A DNA stretch of 64,000 nt from Dehalococcoidia bacterium. Lineage in GTDB: Bacteria; Chloroflexota; Dehalococcoidia; Lucifugimonadales; UBA3495. Location: NCBI GenBank assembly GCA_965205495.1, contig CBDBHA010000002.1, positions 2,723,260-2,787,259 on the forward strand. Reading direction: 5' to 3'. Positions 61,767-64,000 of the stretch are shown here, piece by piece (within the stretch, counting starts at the first letter, position 1; each line of letters opens with the position of its first letter). The notes under the pieces were generated by a model. The model was not told where the DNA came from. It searched no databases and saw only the letters and a program-made list of their open reading frames with translations. Both the position numbers and the translations under genes were made by a program.

Positions 61767-62903
61767 ATGGACTTCAACCTAACCCCACAACAACAAGACC
61801 TCCAGCAAATGACCCGCAACCTCGCCCAAACCCAAATCCAACCCCTGGCCGCCCAGGCCGACGAGTCCAACCACGTCTCCCCCGAGCTCATGTCCATCCT
61901 CGCCGGCTCCGGCTTGCTCCGCCACACCGTCCCAGAAGAATACGGCGGCTACGGCATCCGGGTCACCGACCTCTGCATCATCCGCGAAGAACTGGCCCAG
62001 GTCTGCGGCCAGGCCGACACCAACTTCATCATGCAGGGGCTGGGCAGCTTCCCCATCACCCTCGGCGGCACCCCGGAACAGAAAGCCAAATACCTGCCTC
62101 CCATCGCCAACGGTGAAGCCATCGCCGCCTTCGCCCTAACCGAACCCCACGCCGGCTCCGACGTCCTCAGTATGACCACCTCCGCCGTCCAGGAAGACGA
62201 CGAATGGGTCATCAACGGCGCCAAGAAGTTCATCTCCCAGGCCGGCGACGCCCAGACCTACACCGTCTTCGCCAAGACCGACCCCCGGGCCGGCAGCCGG
62301 GGCATTTCCGCCTTCATCGTCGAGCAGCACACCCCCGGCTTCGACGACTCCCAACGCCTCGACCTCATGGCTCCCCATCCCATCGGCGCTCCCGTCTTCA
62401 CCGATTGCCGCATTCCCTACACCAACATCATCGGCGAACCCGGCCAGGGCATCCGCCTGGCCCTGGGCACCCTCAACACCTTCCGCACCACCGTCGCCGC
62501 CGCCGCCATCGGCATGGCCCAGGCCGCCTACGAGGCCGCCCTCGACTTTTCCCGCAACCGCATCATCGGCGGCCAACCCCTCTCCGGCCTCCAGGCCACC
62601 CAGTTCAAACTGGCCGACATGGCCGTGTCCCTCGACGCCGCCCGCCTCCTCTGTTACCGCGCCGCCTGGCTCAAGGACTCGGGCCAGGAAAACGTCATCA
62701 AAGAGGCCTCCTACGCCAAGCTCTTCGCCACCGAAGCCGCCACCCGAATCATCCACGAAGCGGTCCAAATCCACGGCGGCGCCGGCCTGGAAAAAGGCGC
62801 CAGGGTCGAACAACTCTACCGCGAAATCCGCGCCCTAACCATCTACGAAGGCACCTCCGAAGTCCAACGCCAGACCATCGCCCGCCAAATCCTCCGTGAA
62901 TAA
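61767..62903 (+). CDS. acyl-CoA dehydrogenase
   Basis: MDFNLTPQQQDLQQMTRNLA... and ...IYEGTSEVQRQTIAR. The ATG follows AAGGAG. The ORF extends to 61671. Confidence 0.9.
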   Translation: MDFNLTPQQQDLQQMTRNLAQTQIQPLAAQADESNHVSPELMSILAGSGLLRHTVPEEYGGYGIRVTDLCIIREELAQVCGQADTNFIMQGLGSFPITLGGTPEQKAKYLPPIANGEAIAAFALTEPHAGSDVLSMTTSAVQEDDEWVINGAKKFISQAGDAQTYTVFAKTDPRAGSRGISAFIVEQHTPGFDDSQRLDLMAPHPIGAPVFTDCRIPYTNIIGEPGQGIRLALGTLNTFRTTVAAAAIGMAQAAYEAALDFSRNRIIGGQPLSGLQATQFKLADMAVSLDAARLLCYRAAWLKDSGQENVIKEASYAKLFATEAATRIIHEAVQIHGGAGLEKGARVEQLYREIRALTIYEGTSEVQRQTIARQILRE

Positions 62904-62923
62904 TCACCCCCACCACTCCCCCA

Positions 62924-63110
62924 TGTCACCCCGAGCGCAGCAAGGGGTCTAAAATCCCTGCCCAACACCATCCCCACCCTGGGATGCAGGACAATTGCAA
63001 ACTCCTTACGAACACCTATCGTCATTCCCGCGCAGGCGGGAATCCAGGTCGTATCTGGCCTGGCAAGCCTCCCTTTCCTCAGAATTACATCGCTTTGCAA
63101 TCGTCCTGCT
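62924..63110. repeat. REP/MITE mosaic
   Basis: 62924-62963 is a tgtcaccccgagcg... unit. 63019-63110 matches 930-1020 by eye (cgtcattcccgcg.aggcgggaatccaggtcgta.ctggc...cagaatt.catc.ctttgcaatcgtcctgc). Confidence 0.8.
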
Positions 63111-63148
63111 TTGGGATTCCCAACCCCTCCAGCACCACCCAACCCAGG

Positions 63149-63157
63149 TGGTATACT
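63149..63157 (+). promoter_or_regulatory. extended -10 (TGGTATACT) upstream of arsM
   Basis: TATACT at 63152-63157 is followed by an approximately 160-nt G-poor, C/A-rich leader and then AAGGAG plus the ATG at 63321. Confidence 0.4.
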
Positions 63158-63320
63158 AAACCCAACCCAACAGAAAACCACCCACTCGCCACCGCCTACC
63201 AAAGTCAACGACGGTGACGCAAAATCCCATCCAACCAAAACCCAACCGCCATCCCCGCCAACTCCAACAATCGAACCTGGCAACAGTTGCAAACGCCCCA
63301 AAAAACTAAGGAGACCCCCT

Positions 63321-64000
63321 ATGTCCACCAACCAAGACCAAGAAATAAAAGACCTCGTCCGCCAACGCTACGGCGACCGCGCCCGTCGCGTCATCCAATT
63401 ATCCCCCGCCGCTCCCGCACCCGACGACTTTTGCGCTGACCCATCCTGCGGCGACTCAGGCTGCTGCTCCCCCGCCGACCTCGACCGCGCCCTCCACCTC
63501 TACTCCCAGGCCCAAATCAACAACCTCCCGGTCGAGGCCGTCGCCGCCTCCGCCGGTTGCGGCAACCCCACCGCTCTGGCCCAACTCCAGCTAGGGGAAA
63601 GAGTTCTCGACCTGGGCTCCGGCGGCGGTATCGACTGCTTCCTCGCCGCCCGGCAGGTCGGCGATTCCGGCCACGTCATCGGCCTCGACATGACCCCCGA
63701 CATGCTGGCCCTCGCCAACAAGAACCGCGACAACCTCGGCCTCACCAACGTCGAGTTCGTCCGGGGCGAGATGGAGCAAATCCCCCTCCCCGAAGCCCAC
63801 GTCAACGTCGTCATCTCCAACTGCGTGGTCTGCCTCTCCCCCGACAAAGACGCCGTCTTCCGCGAGACCTTCCGCGTCCTCACCCCCGGCGGCCGCATCC
63901 ACATCTCCGACATGATGTCCCTAACTGATGAAGGCCCCGCCCGCACCGACCCCGAAGCCTGGGCCTCCTGCGTCGCGGGCGCCGAACCCCGCGCCACCTA
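63321..64000 (+). CDS. arsM: arsenite S-adenosylmethionine methyltransferase (partial, runs off the window)
   Basis: MSTNQDQEIKDLVRQRYG..., the Cys motifs GCCSP and GCGNP, VLDLGSGGGID (SAM motif I) and SNCVVCLSPDK. It is not in the ORF track because no stop codon falls inside the window. Confidence 0.85.
   Translation, partial: MSTNQDQEIKDLVRQRYGDRARRVIQLSPAAPAPDDFCADPSCGDSGCCSPADLDRALHLYSQAQINNLPVEAVAASAGCGNPTALAQLQLGERVLDLGSGGGIDCFLAARQVGDSGHVIGLDMTPDMLALANKNRDNLGLTNVEFVRGEMEQIPLPEAHVNVVISNCVVCLSPDKDAVFRETFRVLTPGGRIHISDMMSLTDEGPARTDPEAWASCVAGAEPRAT

Overview
A 64-kb window from a high-G+C bacterium. By eye, housekeeping genes are about 65-68% G+C. Leaderless promoters, a UPF0182 membrane protein, a PPi-dependent PFK and coxSMG suggest a Chloroflexota- or Actinomycetota-like genome; this is inference only. 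The backbone comprises sucCD, an arginine cluster (argJ-argB ... UPF0182-argD ... argG), aminotransferases, serA, pcrA, a BacNav channel, pfp, coxS/M/G, a rhodanese, an SDR, an acyl-CoA dehydrogenase, arsM (runs off the 3' end) and one tRNA-Gly(UCC). Several lower-G+C (about 45-57% by eye) accessory modules are inserted into this backbone. (1) A tightly coupled ABC-type ATPase plus stand-alone TOPRIM-like protein (split OLD/PARIS-like) lies between argB and UPF0182. (2) An atypical Hsp70-like ATPase is translationally coupled to a 594-aa protein ending in a coiled coil plus a GrpE-like domain. (3) There are two paralogous single-chain PD-ExK nuclease/gamma-MTase/TRD (type IIG-like) enzymes, one split by an in-frame TAA. 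(4) A BglII-like R-M cassette sits next to a truncated hydrolase gene. (5) There are several toxin-antitoxin-type modules (UPF0175 with a truncated PIN, DUF433/DUF5615, fused MNT-HEPN, HicAB), a class II Fic protein, NYN paralogs and an IS5-type transposase remnant. A two-domain rhodanese carries TGA at the catalytic Cys position, followed by a SECIS-like hairpin. Almost every intergenic region is filled with mosaic REP/MITE-like inverted repeats, and one of these encloses an internally deleted GIY-YIG gene remnant. No rRNA, CRISPR array, integrase or intact transposase was seen. All similarity calls come from motif recognition by eye, because no searches could be run.
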